A stretch of 64,000 bases of DNA. Origin: Bacillota bacterium. Lineage in GTDB: Bacteria > Pseudomonadota > Gammaproteobacteria > Natronospirales > REEB76. Positions 42,446 through 52,139 of the stretch are shown here, one piece after another (the stretch's first letter is position 1; each line of letters starts with the position of its first letter). The translations under genes were made by a program, and so were the position numbers. The notes beneath the pieces were generated by a model. It saw only the letters and a list, made by a program, of their open reading frames with translations, ran no database searches and was not told where the DNA came from. The stretch is from the NCBI GenBank assembly GCA_050261675.1, contig JBLNDO010000023.1:74261-138260 (forward strand), written 5' to 3'.

Positions 42446-43525
42446 TCAGGCCGCGTGATGCAGCCCGCATCTTGCTGCGAAATCGAACACCCCGTTGACT
42501 TGGCAACTCATCACCGAAGGTGAAAACCGCCCGAAAGCGTCCAGGCAGGCGTTTTCCCACAATAGTCGCCGCGGAACGGTGAGTTGAGGGTGGGCGGGAT
42601 CACGGTGTGCGCAGGTGGTGTAGCCGAACCGGTACCCCGCCCCTGCCGCCGCCGAGGCGACCGCCGCATCGAAACGGCCATCTGGATAGGCGAGATGCAA
42701 TGGTGCCTCGCCCAGGTGTTCCGTGATTTCGCGCATCGATCCCTCGAGTTCTTCCGCCACCCTGCCCGCGCTTTCGTTGGTAAGCAGCGCATGGCTGCAT
42801 GTGTGCGAGCCTGTGCGTATGCCCGCACGACGCATCTCGGCGAGCATGCTCCAGTCCATGGACCGCAGTTCCACCACCGTCGATTCCGGAAGCTCCACTT
42901 GGCGGCGCAACACTCGTATGATGCGGAGCAATTCCGCTTGGCCGAGCGTGCCGAACAAGGTGCGCATCAGTACCCGTGGATCCACTGAGCCCGCATCCAA
43001 GCCAGCCGGCGGGCTCGCTTGCGCCTCGTTGAGAACCGCTCGCAGCTGCCTGCGAGGGTCGCGCCAGGCGGAGACCGCCCTCGCCAACAGCAGATACAGC
43101 TCATCGTGGATCTGGAGGCGGGAGCTGCCCACGAGATCGGTGACCACGAAGACGACGGCCGGTATGCCCTTGCGCTTCAGCAGCGGGAAAGCCAGTTCGT
43201 AAACGTCCCGGTAGCCGTCGTCGAAGCTGATCAACGCTACCGGCTTCCCTCCGGCGCGATCGCCGCGCAACCACCGGTCCATTTGATCAGGGTCAGCGTA
43301 TGCATACTGCTGCCCAATCCAGTCGAGATGCTTCTCGAGTGTGGCCACGCTGATGAGCATGGAGGGCATGTACCCCCCAGAGTGGACGCGGAAGTCCTCC
43401 ACCACCCGGTGATAACCGATGACGAGCGGCAAGGCCGGGCACCCTCGCCTCGCACCCAGCCAGCGCGCTACGCCGGTACGCTGCAGCGCCACGGCCGCGG
43501 CCGCCTTGACCAGGCCCCGCATCAT
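42446..43525 (-). CDS. Polysaccharide deacetylase (NodB-type)
   Basis: Motifs are ALISFDDGYRDVYELAFPLLKRKGIPAVVFV and GIRTGSHTCSH. Confidence 0.8.
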   Translation of the reverse strand: MMRGLVKAAAAVALQRTGVARWLGARRGCPALPLVIGYHRVVEDFRVHSGGYMPSMLISVATLEKHLDWIGQQYAYADPDQMDRWLRGDRAGGKPVALISFDDGYRDVYELAFPLLKRKGIPAVVFVVTDLVGSSRLQIHDELYLLLARAVSAWRDPRRQLRAVLNEAQASPPAGLDAGSVDPRVLMRTLFGTLGQAELLRIIRVLRRQVELPESTVVELRSMDWSMLAEMRRAGIRTGSHTCSHALLTNESAGRVAEELEGSMREITEHLGEAPLHLAYPDGRFDAAVASAAAGAGYRFGYTTCAHRDPAHPQLTVPRRLLWENACLDAFGRFSPSVMSCQVNGVFDFAARCGLHHAA

Positions 43526-43547
43526 GGCGTGTTGGCCACAGGGGGCA

Positions 43548-45047
43548 TCATGCGCGCCGGTTCCCGCCGGCCCATGTGCCGGTCACCTGCAGCCACTGCA
43601 GGATCGTGCGCCTCTCACCCGCACTCAACGGCCCACAGAACCACAGCAGCAAACCGTAACTCAATGCGTACAGCGTTCCCAGAATAAGGAGCCCGGGCAG
43701 CGTCGGCAGCTGGAGGGCCGATTCCAGCAGCAGGCATGGCAATCCCGCGCCCGCTGCGATGGCGAGGATCGATAGGAGATTTCTCCAGGGCAGCACATGG
43801 GAGAATCCGCAGCGCAGGATGGCGGTGACGCGGGCGAGGGCCGCGCATTTTGCGACCGCCGTGGCGAGCAGGGTCACCGATACCGCACCCACAAGACCGA
43901 AGCGTGACAGCAGCGGAACGATGGCGAGAGCCACCACCGCGAGGCGTAACAGGTTGAGTACTACCAGGAAGCGGGTGTCGGCATGAACGCGAAGCACACT
44001 GTCGGTCATGATCGCGGCGAACAGCATGCTGAGGCTCCATAGCATGAAGAGCGGCGCGCTCGCCGCATAATTCGAGGTAAAAAGCAGGACGATAAGCTTG
44101 TTCGCGGTCACCACCAGGACCCCCACCAGCGGTGCGAACAGGAGGGTCAGTTTGCGCGTGGTATCGAGCCAGAGATCCAGGGCTTCCTCGTTGCGGTTAT
44201 CGCGCAGGTCCTCGCCCATCTTCACCATCATCACACTGCTGGTGGACGTCATCATGAACTCCACCAACGGGATCTGCAGGCAGCCCACGGAATAAATTGC
44301 GAACGTTGCGGCGTCAAAATGATAGGAAACCACGTACATGTGGAGGTTGTTCTGCAGCGTTTCGATGGAAACCGCGAGCGCGAACGGCAGCGCATACGCC
44401 AGATGCTTTTTCATGAGCGTCGCATCGAACCGCAGACCTTCGGAAAACTCGCGACGCAGATAAAGCGCTACGGCACCGAAGCGCACGGCTGCAAAGGCCA
44501 GAGCGCCGAGAAAAAGTGCCCCCAGGCTGCGAAACAGCAACGCGGGCAGGAGATAAAGCACCGACCGTACCAGATCGGACAGCGCATAGGCCCCGAATGC
44601 GAAGAGATGACGCTTGCGGGTAATCATGACGATCTCGAAGACCGCCGTGACCAACATCAACAACAGGTAGGTACCGATCAGCGGTAGGTAGGTCACGAGT
44701 TGCGGATTTTTGAATCCGCGGCCTACCGCCTTCTCATTGATCCACAACAGCCCGAGACAGGCTAAACCTGAGAGCGCCAGCACCAGCACCGCATTCGTCA
44801 CATATCCGCCGCGATCGGCAGGTGCACTGGGCAGGAAGTAGTACAGGCTCTCCGCCATGCCGAGTTGCCCAATTCCGTAAAGGGTGGTGTAGATCAGGAA
44901 AAGCTGCTTGTAGGTGCCGAACTCCGTCTGGCTGAAGATCCGTACCAGCACCACGGGTATGGCGAACGAAACGACGAATCCGAGCGTCCGCCCGGACACG
45001 AGCATGAACGCGGGCCTGAACACCGACCCCGGCGTTTTCCCATCCAT
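43548..45047 (-). CDS. Wzx-type oligosaccharide flippase (polysaccharide biosynthesis protein, MOP superfamily)
   Basis: ~12 predicted TM segments. The N-terminal GRTLGFVVSFAIPVVLVRIFSQTEFGTYKQ is typical of this family. Start ATG 45047 abuts the upstream stop (TGATG). Confidence 0.75.
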   Translation of the reverse strand: MDGKTPGSVFRPAFMLVSGRTLGFVVSFAIPVVLVRIFSQTEFGTYKQLFLIYTTLYGIGQLGMAESLYYFLPSAPADRGGYVTNAVLVLALSGLACLGLLWINEKAVGRGFKNPQLVTYLPLIGTYLLLMLVTAVFEIVMITRKRHLFAFGAYALSDLVRSVLYLLPALLFRSLGALFLGALAFAAVRFGAVALYLRREFSEGLRFDATLMKKHLAYALPFALAVSIETLQNNLHMYVVSYHFDAATFAIYSVGCLQIPLVEFMMTSTSSVMMVKMGEDLRDNRNEEALDLWLDTTRKLTLLFAPLVGVLVVTANKLIVLLFTSNYAASAPLFMLWSLSMLFAAIMTDSVLRVHADTRFLVVLNLLRLAVVALAIVPLLSRFGLVGAVSVTLLATAVAKCAALARVTAILRCGFSHVLPWRNLLSILAIAAGAGLPCLLLESALQLPTLPGLLILGTLYALSYGLLLWFCGPLSAGERRTILQWLQVTGTWAGGNRRA

Positions 45048-46246
45048 CACGGCTCCGGATACAGGAACTGCTGCGGCCAATGCACCACACGCTTGAGCCC
45101 GCGCCGGATATCCACCGCGCGACGGCAGAAAGTCCCTTCGACGCCCGGCGGGTAGCAATCGAACCTCACCAGGTCACGGCCACCCCGCGCCCACAGGAAC
45201 TTATATTCCTCATCGCCGTGCAGGAGGTCATATTCGTCCGCGCCCTCTTCGAGGGCCCTCTGGATGCCGAAGGCCATGGCCACGAGCCCCACGCTGTGAT
45301 TGCGGTAGGCGGGGTCGAAGCCCGACTGGTAGAAATAGAACGCCCTGCCATACCGGAATGCATAGAGCGAAGCTGCGGGCTTTCCGTCCAGGTTTAGCAT
45401 GAACAAACGCAACCACCCGCGCTGCAGCGCGATACGGGTGAACGCATCGTGAAATTCCATGATGCCTTCCCCATCCAGGGCATCGGAGCCACGCCGGCCG
45501 GCCCAACGCAGGCGATGCAACCGGGCAAACAGCGGCAGGCATTCCCGGCGTTGTGCTTCGGAACGCACCTGCTGGAATTCAACCTGGAAGGACGCAGCCA
45601 GTCGCCGCAGCCTTCGGCGAACATTCTGCCGGTGTGCCGATCCGACGCCCGCGAGATACGAATCCCAACTATGCCCGGCCAGGTCGAGATATGGACACAC
45701 ATCGGTGATGGCAAGGCTCGCGGCCCATCCTGCCTTCTGCAGCCGCGCGGCGACCCGGCTGGAGAACCTGGAGCCAGCTCTGACCTGCCTTAGCTCTAAA
45801 ACACGTCCGCATCCGGCAAGGTGGTCTGCTACAGCCTCGAGGACATCTTCTTCCGTTCCGCGCCGGACGATGAAATCCAGATAATCGGAACCCACCGCAC
45901 CCATGCCCAGGAATTCCAGCGCCTCGAACGGCAGCAGTCGCTCAGGCTGGCGCGGCCTGACCACGAGTGGTGCGATCGCGAGCAACTGGCCGGCACGGCG
46001 CACTGTGAACAGATGGAGACGCCGTTCACCCGCCAGATGCTCCCACCAGGTGTGCAGCCACTCCCAGGTGAGGAACAGGCAATCGGCATAGCTATCCTGC
46101 AGGAGTTCATCCCACTCCCGCTGCATGAGCGCGAACCGGCTCGGATCCTCTATCCACTCCACCTCCAGGGCGTCCGGCGACACGGTCGCGAAGGTCGGGC
46201 GCGATCGAAGCAAGGGTGCGGGGGAACTGTTTGGATATAGCAGCAT
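45047..46246 (-). CDS. FemAB/CelD-like GNAT-fold acyl/aminoacyl transferase
   Basis: 399-aa ORF. FLTWEWLHTWWEHL... and the C-terminal YFYQSGFDPAYRNHSVG...YDLLHGDEEYKFLWA match the CelD/BcsL-FemAB-like family pattern. Confidence 0.65.
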   Translation of the reverse strand: MLLYPNSSPAPLLRSRPTFATVSPDALEVEWIEDPSRFALMQREWDELLQDSYADCLFLTWEWLHTWWEHLAGERRLHLFTVRRAGQLLAIAPLVVRPRQPERLLPFEALEFLGMGAVGSDYLDFIVRRGTEEDVLEAVADHLAGCGRVLELRQVRAGSRFSSRVAARLQKAGWAASLAITDVCPYLDLAGHSWDSYLAGVGSAHRQNVRRRLRRLAASFQVEFQQVRSEAQRRECLPLFARLHRLRWAGRRGSDALDGEGIMEFHDAFTRIALQRGWLRLFMLNLDGKPAASLYAFRYGRAFYFYQSGFDPAYRNHSVGLVAMAFGIQRALEEGADEYDLLHGDEEYKFLWARGGRDLVRFDCYPPGVEGTFCRRAVDIRRGLKRVVHWPQQFLYPEP

Positions 46247-46299
46247 GCTTGCGTCTCAACGGCCGGAGACACAGCGCTCCGGCGTGGCGTGCGGCGTTT

Positions 46300-47475
46300 T
46301 CAACCGAGTATGGAGCTGATCCACCATTCACCCTCAAGCCGGGTGAGGAAGGCCTCTCCCGCTTCGAGGGTGTGCAGGATATCCGCGTCCCGGGAATGCA
46401 GCATTAACCAGGCGTCCCCGGCGTGGTGGAAGAGGCAGGATTGTTCCGCGAGGTTGCGGAAAAGCGCCGGGTCCACCTGTCCGGTGACGGCGATAGCTCC
46501 CTGCTCCTTCGCCTCGTAAAACAGGTGGTCGAGGACGGCGTCGACTGAATCGCGGCCGGCGGCCAGTTGTGCCACTTCCACCACACCGTTCGGCCGCATG
46601 AAATACAGGTACCAACCCCGCACCCCGCCGGCGCCATCGCGCACGACTGTTTTGCGGAAACTTCCATAGCGGCTGTTCGTCGTGAGAGTCCGCATCAGCC
46701 AATCTGCGCCATGGGGTTCGTAGATCGGCTTGAGCGAGCGATCTCCGGTGAAATGCGGGAGGCTGTCGCACAGAACTTGTGGGTCCAATTCTGCCGGGCT
46801 CGTACCCTCGGGTTCCTGCAGCCGGAGATAACTGCCTGAGATATGCGGCGCCACCAGATCCATGAACCGGCAAGCAGGCTCCAGGAGCCACGCCGCAGTT
46901 GTCGGCAGACCTCGGTTCTTCAGAAACGACAGGATATAGCGCCCCGGTTGCAGCGGCCGCGTCCAGCGCAAGCCATATAACAGGGAAGCATGCCCGCCGG
47001 CGCTCTCCCAGATGCGGCGCGAGACGTTGTTCACTTCCGCGAGCGACAGGTCCTGCGGGCCCGAAAAGAAACGCTTCACCAGGTGGACCGCCGCCAGCGT
47101 GGCGCGCCGCCCGGGTTCGACCATGAAGCTGTGGGTGACTGCCGCGGTGATGCGCCGGCCCTTGAACCACATGGGGCGGGGCAGCACGCCGACGCAGCCG
47201 ATCACCTCGCCGTCCGCCTCGAACACGAGCGAAGGCAGATCGTCCGTACGCCAAGGGTTGTCGAGCAGTATCTTCTCCAGGTTCGCCTGCAGGCTGCGTT
47301 CCCGCCCGCGGTACTTGTCGCCGTACACACAGGAATGCAGGCGCACGATGCCGTGGATGTCGCGCGCTTCCAGTGGGCGCACGTACCCCGCGAGGTGGTC
47401 CTGGAGGCTCCAGGATTGGATGGGAGCGAGGATCACGTTACCCTCCTCTGAGATCTGTGTCCTAGCGGCCCGCAC
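46300..47475 (-). CDS. Two-domain GNAT-like acetyltransferase (Eis-like architecture), tentative
   Basis: 391-aa ORF. The N-terminal GNAT core reads FEADGEVIGCVGVLPRPMWFKGRRITAAVTHSFMVEPGRR. The remainder is unassigned. Confidence 0.5.
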   Translation of the reverse strand: MRAARTQISEEGNVILAPIQSWSLQDHLAGYVRPLEARDIHGIVRLHSCVYGDKYRGRERSLQANLEKILLDNPWRTDDLPSLVFEADGEVIGCVGVLPRPMWFKGRRITAAVTHSFMVEPGRRATLAAVHLVKRFFSGPQDLSLAEVNNVSRRIWESAGGHASLLYGLRWTRPLQPGRYILSFLKNRGLPTTAAWLLEPACRFMDLVAPHISGSYLRLQEPEGTSPAELDPQVLCDSLPHFTGDRSLKPIYEPHGADWLMRTLTTNSRYGSFRKTVVRDGAGGVRGWYLYFMRPNGVVEVAQLAAGRDSVDAVLDHLFYEAKEQGAIAVTGQVDPALFRNLAEQSCLFHHAGDAWLMLHSRDADILHTLEAGEAFLTRLEGEWWISSILG

Positions 47476-47773
47476 GTCGTCCCCCGATGCCGCCCACGGG
47501 GCGTTGCACGCGCTCTCTCGCGCCGCCGCCCACAGCCAGCTTGGCGAGATGTTCCGCGATGCTCGCCGTGGTCCTGAATTTTTCCAAATCGATGTCCTCG
47601 AGTGTGAACTTGACGCCGAATTCCTTCTCGATGTGGAGAAGCATGTTCACGAACGTAAGCGAGTCCATGACGCCGCTCTTGAGCAGGTCGACATCTGGGG
47701 AAGGCACCGGTAGTCCGAGCTTGTGCTCAAACAGCCGTTCCACCCTATTGAGCAATTGCGCGCCCGTAGTCAC
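47462..47773 (-). CDS. Acyl/peptidyl carrier protein
   Basis: Phosphopantetheine site LKSGVMDSLTFVNMLLHIEKEFG (D-S-L). The start (GTG 47773) is uncertain; the ORF-track start at 47836 would overlap the upstream gene by 90 nt. Confidence 0.75.
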   Translation of the reverse strand: MTTGAQLLNRVERLFEHKLGLPVPSPDVDLLKSGVMDSLTFVNMLLHIEKEFGVKFTLEDIDLEKFRTTASIAEHLAKLAVGGGARERVQRPVGGIGGRRAGR

Positions 47774-48281
47774 TGTTTTTCTCTCTATGCTCGCTCGCCA
47801 ATAAATCGAACCATAAGCGGTCGAACGGATTCCCATCTATGTAGTGGCAGCGGCGCTGGCGGCCGATGGGCCTGAAGTGCAGCCGCCTGAGCGCCCGAAG
47901 CGATGCGTAATTGCACTCCACCGCCCAGGCATTGATGCACTCCAGTCCGCATTCGTCGAAGCCGAGAGTCAGCATCGCCGCTGAGGCGCGGTGCGCGTAA
48001 CCCTTCGCCGAATAACGCCTCTCGCCGAGTACGGTCCAGAGCACGCCGGTTCGGAAATCGGCATTCATGTTACTGAGACCGACGACGCCGATCGGCGCGT
48101 CGCCGTCGTCGGAGGTAAAAACCCGGATGGCGTGGGATGCCTTGTGCGCCATGACCTTGAGCGCCAAGGCTCCGATGCGCTGTTCACCGCCGAAGTCCAG
48201 CCACCGGTAATTGCGCTCCTCGCCCAGCCAGCCGGCGGCGAGGTCGATGAGGCGATCAGTGTGCAGGGGTACCAGCTGCAT
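47745..48281 (-). CDS. GNAT N-acetyltransferase (RimJ/RimL-like)
   Basis: MQLVPLHTDRL...IGVVGLSNMNADFRTGVLWTVLGERRYSAKGYAHRASAAMLTLGFDECGLECINAWAVECNYASLRALRRLHF. Confidence 0.75.
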   Translation of the reverse strand: MQLVPLHTDRLIDLAAGWLGEERNYRWLDFGGEQRIGALALKVMAHKASHAIRVFTSDDGDAPIGVVGLSNMNADFRTGVLWTVLGERRYSAKGYAHRASAAMLTLGFDECGLECINAWAVECNYASLRALRRLHFRPIGRQRRCHYIDGNPFDRLWFDLLASEHREKNSDYGRAIAQ

Positions 48282-49866
48282 CTCGTATCCAGGTTTCCTT
48301 GAGCCTGCGTCGGTCGATCTTGCCGGCGGCGTTGCGGGGTAAGGCATCCAACGCCCACCATTGACTCGGAATCATATATTCCGGAAGCATCCGGCTAAGG
48401 CGCGTGCGCAGGGCCGAGGTGGTGACTCCATCCCGGTCCTTGGGGACATAGGCACAGCACACCTTGTGACCCTCGAAACTGTCTCCTGGGAGGGCGATCA
48501 CCGCGCACTCGCGCAGTTCGTCCACGCTGTTGAGGGCCGTCTCGATCTCTCCGAGCTCGATGCGATAGCCCCGACTCTTGATTTGTGTGTCCTCGCGCCC
48601 GACGAAATAGATCAGCCCGTCTTCTCCCCGATAGGCCAAGTCGCCGGTCCGGTACACCCGCTTCGGCCTGCCGTCGGCATCCGTAATCGTCAGGAACGCT
48701 TTCACGGTGTGCTGCGGGTCGCGCCAGTAGCCTGCACTTAGGCCCGCCCCTGCGATGTACAGATCGCCGGTCTCCTGCGCCGGGAGGGGCTTGAATTCCC
48801 GGTCCAGCACCAGCAGTTCCTCCCCCTCGCAGGGGCGACCGATGGGAATCGGCGTTGTCTCATTCGGCGGAAAGCTGTCCACCGTGTAGTAGCTGCTGGC
48901 GATGGTCGCTTCAGTAGGGCCGTAAAGATTGGTGAAGGCCGCATGCGGCAGGCGCTTCATCCAATAGAGAAGCACCGACGTCGGCAACACCTCTCCGCAC
49001 CAGAGCACGCGCCTGAGTTCGGGGAAATCGCAGGAGTCCACCACATCGAACTTCGCCATGTAGCTGAGCGCGGCAGGCACCGAAAACCATTGGGTGATTC
49101 CGGATGCCCGGATCCAGTCCGCCATGCGCTGCGGCAGCAGGTTGCACTCCGGCGGTACGAGGTGCAATTCCGCACCCGCGGCGAAACTGCCGAAGATGTC
49201 GAACATCGACAGGTCGAAAGACAGCGGCGGATGCCCGGAAAGCCGGTCGGATGCGTCGAGCCGGAAGTAACGCTTCGCCCATTCGACGAAGGCAAGGACG
49301 TTGGCGTGACTGATGACTACGCCCTTGGGAGTACCCGTCGAGCCGGACGTGAACAGGATGTGTGCCGCATCGGAACTCCTGTGCGAGCTGTTCACCGGCC
49401 CGGGCGGCATACCCTGGACGTCCGCGTGCCCGAATGCCGGCGATAGCTCGGCCGGCGCGCCGCCCCGCGGGTCAACCCAGCCGATGCGCGGACTGCCGCC
49501 CCCAGGCTGACCGAGCAACTCCATCAGCAGCGCGGCTGTGTCCCCGGCGGCGATCAGACAGCGCGGTTCGCAAGAGGCTACGATCTTCGCGAGGCGCGAC
49601 ACGGGCCCCGAAGGGTCCAGGGGCACGTAGAGGCAGCCCGCCTTGTAGATTCCCACCAGGCTCGCGATCGCCAGCGGCGATTTCGGCATCAGCAGGCACA
49701 CCCGGTCACCCCGGGCGCACCCCTGCTCGCGTAGCGTGCGCGCCAGCCGGTTTGACCAGGTCTCCAGTTCGCCGTAGCTCAGACGTTCGTCCTGGAGGAC
49801 CACGGCGGCCACATCGGCACGTTGCTGCGCCTGCTCGCTCACCCAGTCAGGCAGGAGTCGCGCCAT
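48256..49866 (-). CDS. Adenylate-forming enzyme (AMP-dependent ligase, DltA/NRPS A-domain-like)
   Basis: Core motifs LFTSGSTGTPKGV, YGPTE, YRTGDLAY and NAAGKIDRRRL. Start ATG 49866 (MARLLPDWV...). Confidence 0.85.
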   Translation of the reverse strand: MARLLPDWVSEQAQQRADVAAVVLQDERLSYGELETWSNRLARTLREQGCARGDRVCLLMPKSPLAIASLVGIYKAGCLYVPLDPSGPVSRLAKIVASCEPRCLIAAGDTAALLMELLGQPGGGSPRIGWVDPRGGAPAELSPAFGHADVQGMPPGPVNSSHRSSDAAHILFTSGSTGTPKGVVISHANVLAFVEWAKRYFRLDASDRLSGHPPLSFDLSMFDIFGSFAAGAELHLVPPECNLLPQRMADWIRASGITQWFSVPAALSYMAKFDVVDSCDFPELRRVLWCGEVLPTSVLLYWMKRLPHAAFTNLYGPTEATIASSYYTVDSFPPNETTPIPIGRPCEGEELLVLDREFKPLPAQETGDLYIAGAGLSAGYWRDPQHTVKAFLTITDADGRPKRVYRTGDLAYRGEDGLIYFVGREDTQIKSRGYRIELGEIETALNSVDELRECAVIALPGDSFEGHKVCCAYVPKDRDGVTTSALRTRLSRMLPEYMIPSQWWALDALPRNAAGKIDRRRLKETWIRDAAGTPAH

Positions 49867-50866
49867 TCGCCTGCTCCAAGGCGTTGTGGAACGCCTGGCC
49901 GATATGGTCGAGTTCTTCCGGTACCTGCGGCACATCGGTGATGAAGGTGCGATAGCCGTGAGCGATGTAGCCGGCGAGTTCTTCACCCACTTCCCGGTAG
50001 CTGCCCACGAGGTATGGGCACATGGTCTTGTAGTTCTCGAAGGGGACCAGCCAGTAAGGCGTCTCGCCCTTGTAGGCCGCGAGCCCCGAAAGCTGCTTGT
50101 GCCACACCGAATCGGTAACCCGCATGGCGAGCTGGTGGGCCAATTGCCCCTGGCGGTCTTCAGGGAACCGTGCGTGCGCCGCCTCCCAGGCTGCGTCGCT
50201 CCGTTCACGGCTGATGATGCCGATGCGTATGCCGGATTCGATTCCGCCATCCGCTTGTCCGGCGTAATCCTGGACGGGCTTGGGGTATTCGATGGCGGTG
50301 GCGCCCAATTCCCGCGCAGCGGCCATGCCCGCCTCCGAAGAGCCTGACATGAATACGCCGGGAAAGAGATCCGGCGGGCAGGCCGGTGCGAGCTTAAGGT
50401 TCTCGATCCGGTAGAACTCCCCTTTCAGACTGACGGGGCCCGCACCGCTCAACAGCTGCTTGATGATGTTGGTGTATTCCATCAGCCTCGCATAGCGCCG
50501 GTCATGGGCAGTCTCGTCTCCGAGCGCGGTCAGGTCGTTCTTGAATCCTCCCGCGACCATGTTCAGATACACACGACGGCCGCGCAGGTTGGCGATGGAT
50601 GCAATGGTCTTGGCCACCGTGTAAGGGTGTGCATAAACCGGCTGCACGGCCACCAGCGGGCACAACGATGCGGTGTGTTCAATGATGAAGTTTGCGATCA
50701 GCCAAGGGTCGTACTGGAGGTTGTCGGAGTAAACCAATATCCCGCGGCAGCCGGCACGCTCGCTCCACTGCGCTACCTCGATCACCCGACGCACGTAACC
50801 TGCGTCGGCGCCCGCAGGAGCGGGCGGACAGGTGGAAAACAGTTCGATGTCATGCGCGTTTTGCAT
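49847..50866 (-). CDS. LLM-class (luciferase-like) flavin-dependent oxidoreductase
   Basis: 339-aa ORF with a TIM-barrel LLM pattern (GILVYSDN...DPWLIA...RVYLNMVAGGF). Confidence 0.75.
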   Translation of the reverse strand: MQNAHDIELFSTCPPAPAGADAGYVRRVIEVAQWSERAGCRGILVYSDNLQYDPWLIANFIIEHTASLCPLVAVQPVYAHPYTVAKTIASIANLRGRRVYLNMVAGGFKNDLTALGDETAHDRRYARLMEYTNIIKQLLSGAGPVSLKGEFYRIENLKLAPACPPDLFPGVFMSGSSEAGMAAARELGATAIEYPKPVQDYAGQADGGIESGIRIGIISRERSDAAWEAAHARFPEDRQGQLAHQLAMRVTDSVWHKQLSGLAAYKGETPYWLVPFENYKTMCPYLVGSYREVGEELAGYIAHGYRTFITDVPQVPEELDHIGQAFHNALEQANGATPA

Positions 50867-52139
50867 GGGTTCCGTTACCTCCCTGCGTCTTCGCGTCCAA
50901 CAGTTCGAAATACAGGTCTTGTGTGCGCCCCACCACTACCTCGAAGGAGAACTCCCGGACGACGCGCTCGCGTGCCTGGGCTCCCAGCTGCGCTGCAAGC
51001 GAGGGATTCTTGAGCAACATGCAGACGGCCCCGGCGATCGCGTCGATGTCCCCGGGAGGCGCGAGGAGGCCGTGCCGGCGCGCCTCGATGACTTCCGGGG
51101 TTCCGCCCACCCGGGTGGCCACCACCGGTACGCCCGCGGCCATGGACTCCAGCAAGGTGTTCGAGACCCCTTCGCTGAATGAAGGCAGCACCGAGACAGC
51201 GGCGGCGGAAAGGATCTCTGGTATGTCCTCGCGCATGCCCGTGAAAAAAAAGCATTCACCGAGCCCGAGCGCGCTGACGCGTTCCTCCAGCTTGCGCCGG
51301 TAGATGGGGTCGACCTTGAAATCCCCGTCCCCGCGCGTATAGGCTTCGCCGACCGCCAGGAAACAGGCTTCTGGGCACTGCGCGTGTATGCGCGCGGCGG
51401 CCTCGAGGAAGGACTCGCTGCCCTTCTTGGGGTTGAGCCGCGAGAGCATGACCACAAGAGGTGCATGCATCGGCAGGCCCAGTTCCCTCCGCAGGGCGAC
51501 GCCATTGTTGCGCGCGCCGTAGCGTGCGACATCGACACCGTTGCGGATAACGGTGATCTTGTCTTCCGCGTAGCCATCCGCCACCAGCCAATCACGTATC
51601 GCGGCGGCGTTGACCACGATCCGATCTGCGAGCTTGCATATCCACCGCTGCGCCCGCAGCTGCGCAGGCCGGAGGTAAATGCCGAGATCGCGAATAGAGG
51701 CAATGACACAGGGCACGCCTGCGAGCTTGGCGGCAGGTATGCTGAAGACGTTGCCGTAGAAATTGTAGCTGTGCATGATCTGTATGCGGTCACGGCGCAA
51801 CGCCTTCATGAACAGCCGCTGTTGGCGGAATGCGTTGAACTCGTAGAAACTGCGCAATGGATACTCGGCCACCGCCACGCCCTGCCCTTGCTCGACTTCC
51901 GCGATCAGCTCCCCCCACCGGCTGAGGCACCCGTAACTCAGATCGAATCTCGAACGGTCGATGCGCCGGGTGAGGTTGACCACCTGCTTCTCGGTCCCGC
52001 CGATGCCGAACAGCGTCAGGAACTTGAGAAGGCGGATGCGTTCGGCGGGAGAGGACGGCGGCATCCTCGCTCCGGCTTCGGGTAATACCGCCGGGATGAC
52101 GGGCATCCTGGGCCGCCGGGTGGTCGAGGCGCCGTTCAT
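50850..52139 (-). CDS. Glycosyltransferase family 4 (GT-B)
   Basis: FGIGGTEKQVVNL... and SVLPSFSEGVSNTLLESMAAGVPVVATRVGG (E-x7-E). ATGA overlap with the upstream stop. Confidence 0.8.
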   Translation of the reverse strand: MNGASTTRRPRMPVIPAVLPEAGARMPPSSPAERIRLLKFLTLFGIGGTEKQVVNLTRRIDRSRFDLSYGCLSRWGELIAEVEQGQGVAVAEYPLRSFYEFNAFRQQRLFMKALRRDRIQIMHSYNFYGNVFSIPAAKLAGVPCVIASIRDLGIYLRPAQLRAQRWICKLADRIVVNAAAIRDWLVADGYAEDKITVIRNGVDVARYGARNNGVALRRELGLPMHAPLVVMLSRLNPKKGSESFLEAAARIHAQCPEACFLAVGEAYTRGDGDFKVDPIYRRKLEERVSALGLGECFFFTGMREDIPEILSAAAVSVLPSFSEGVSNTLLESMAAGVPVVATRVGGTPEVIEARRHGLLAPPGDIDAIAGAVCMLLKNPSLAAQLGAQARERVVREFSFEVVVGRTQDLYFELLDAKTQGGNGTHAKRA

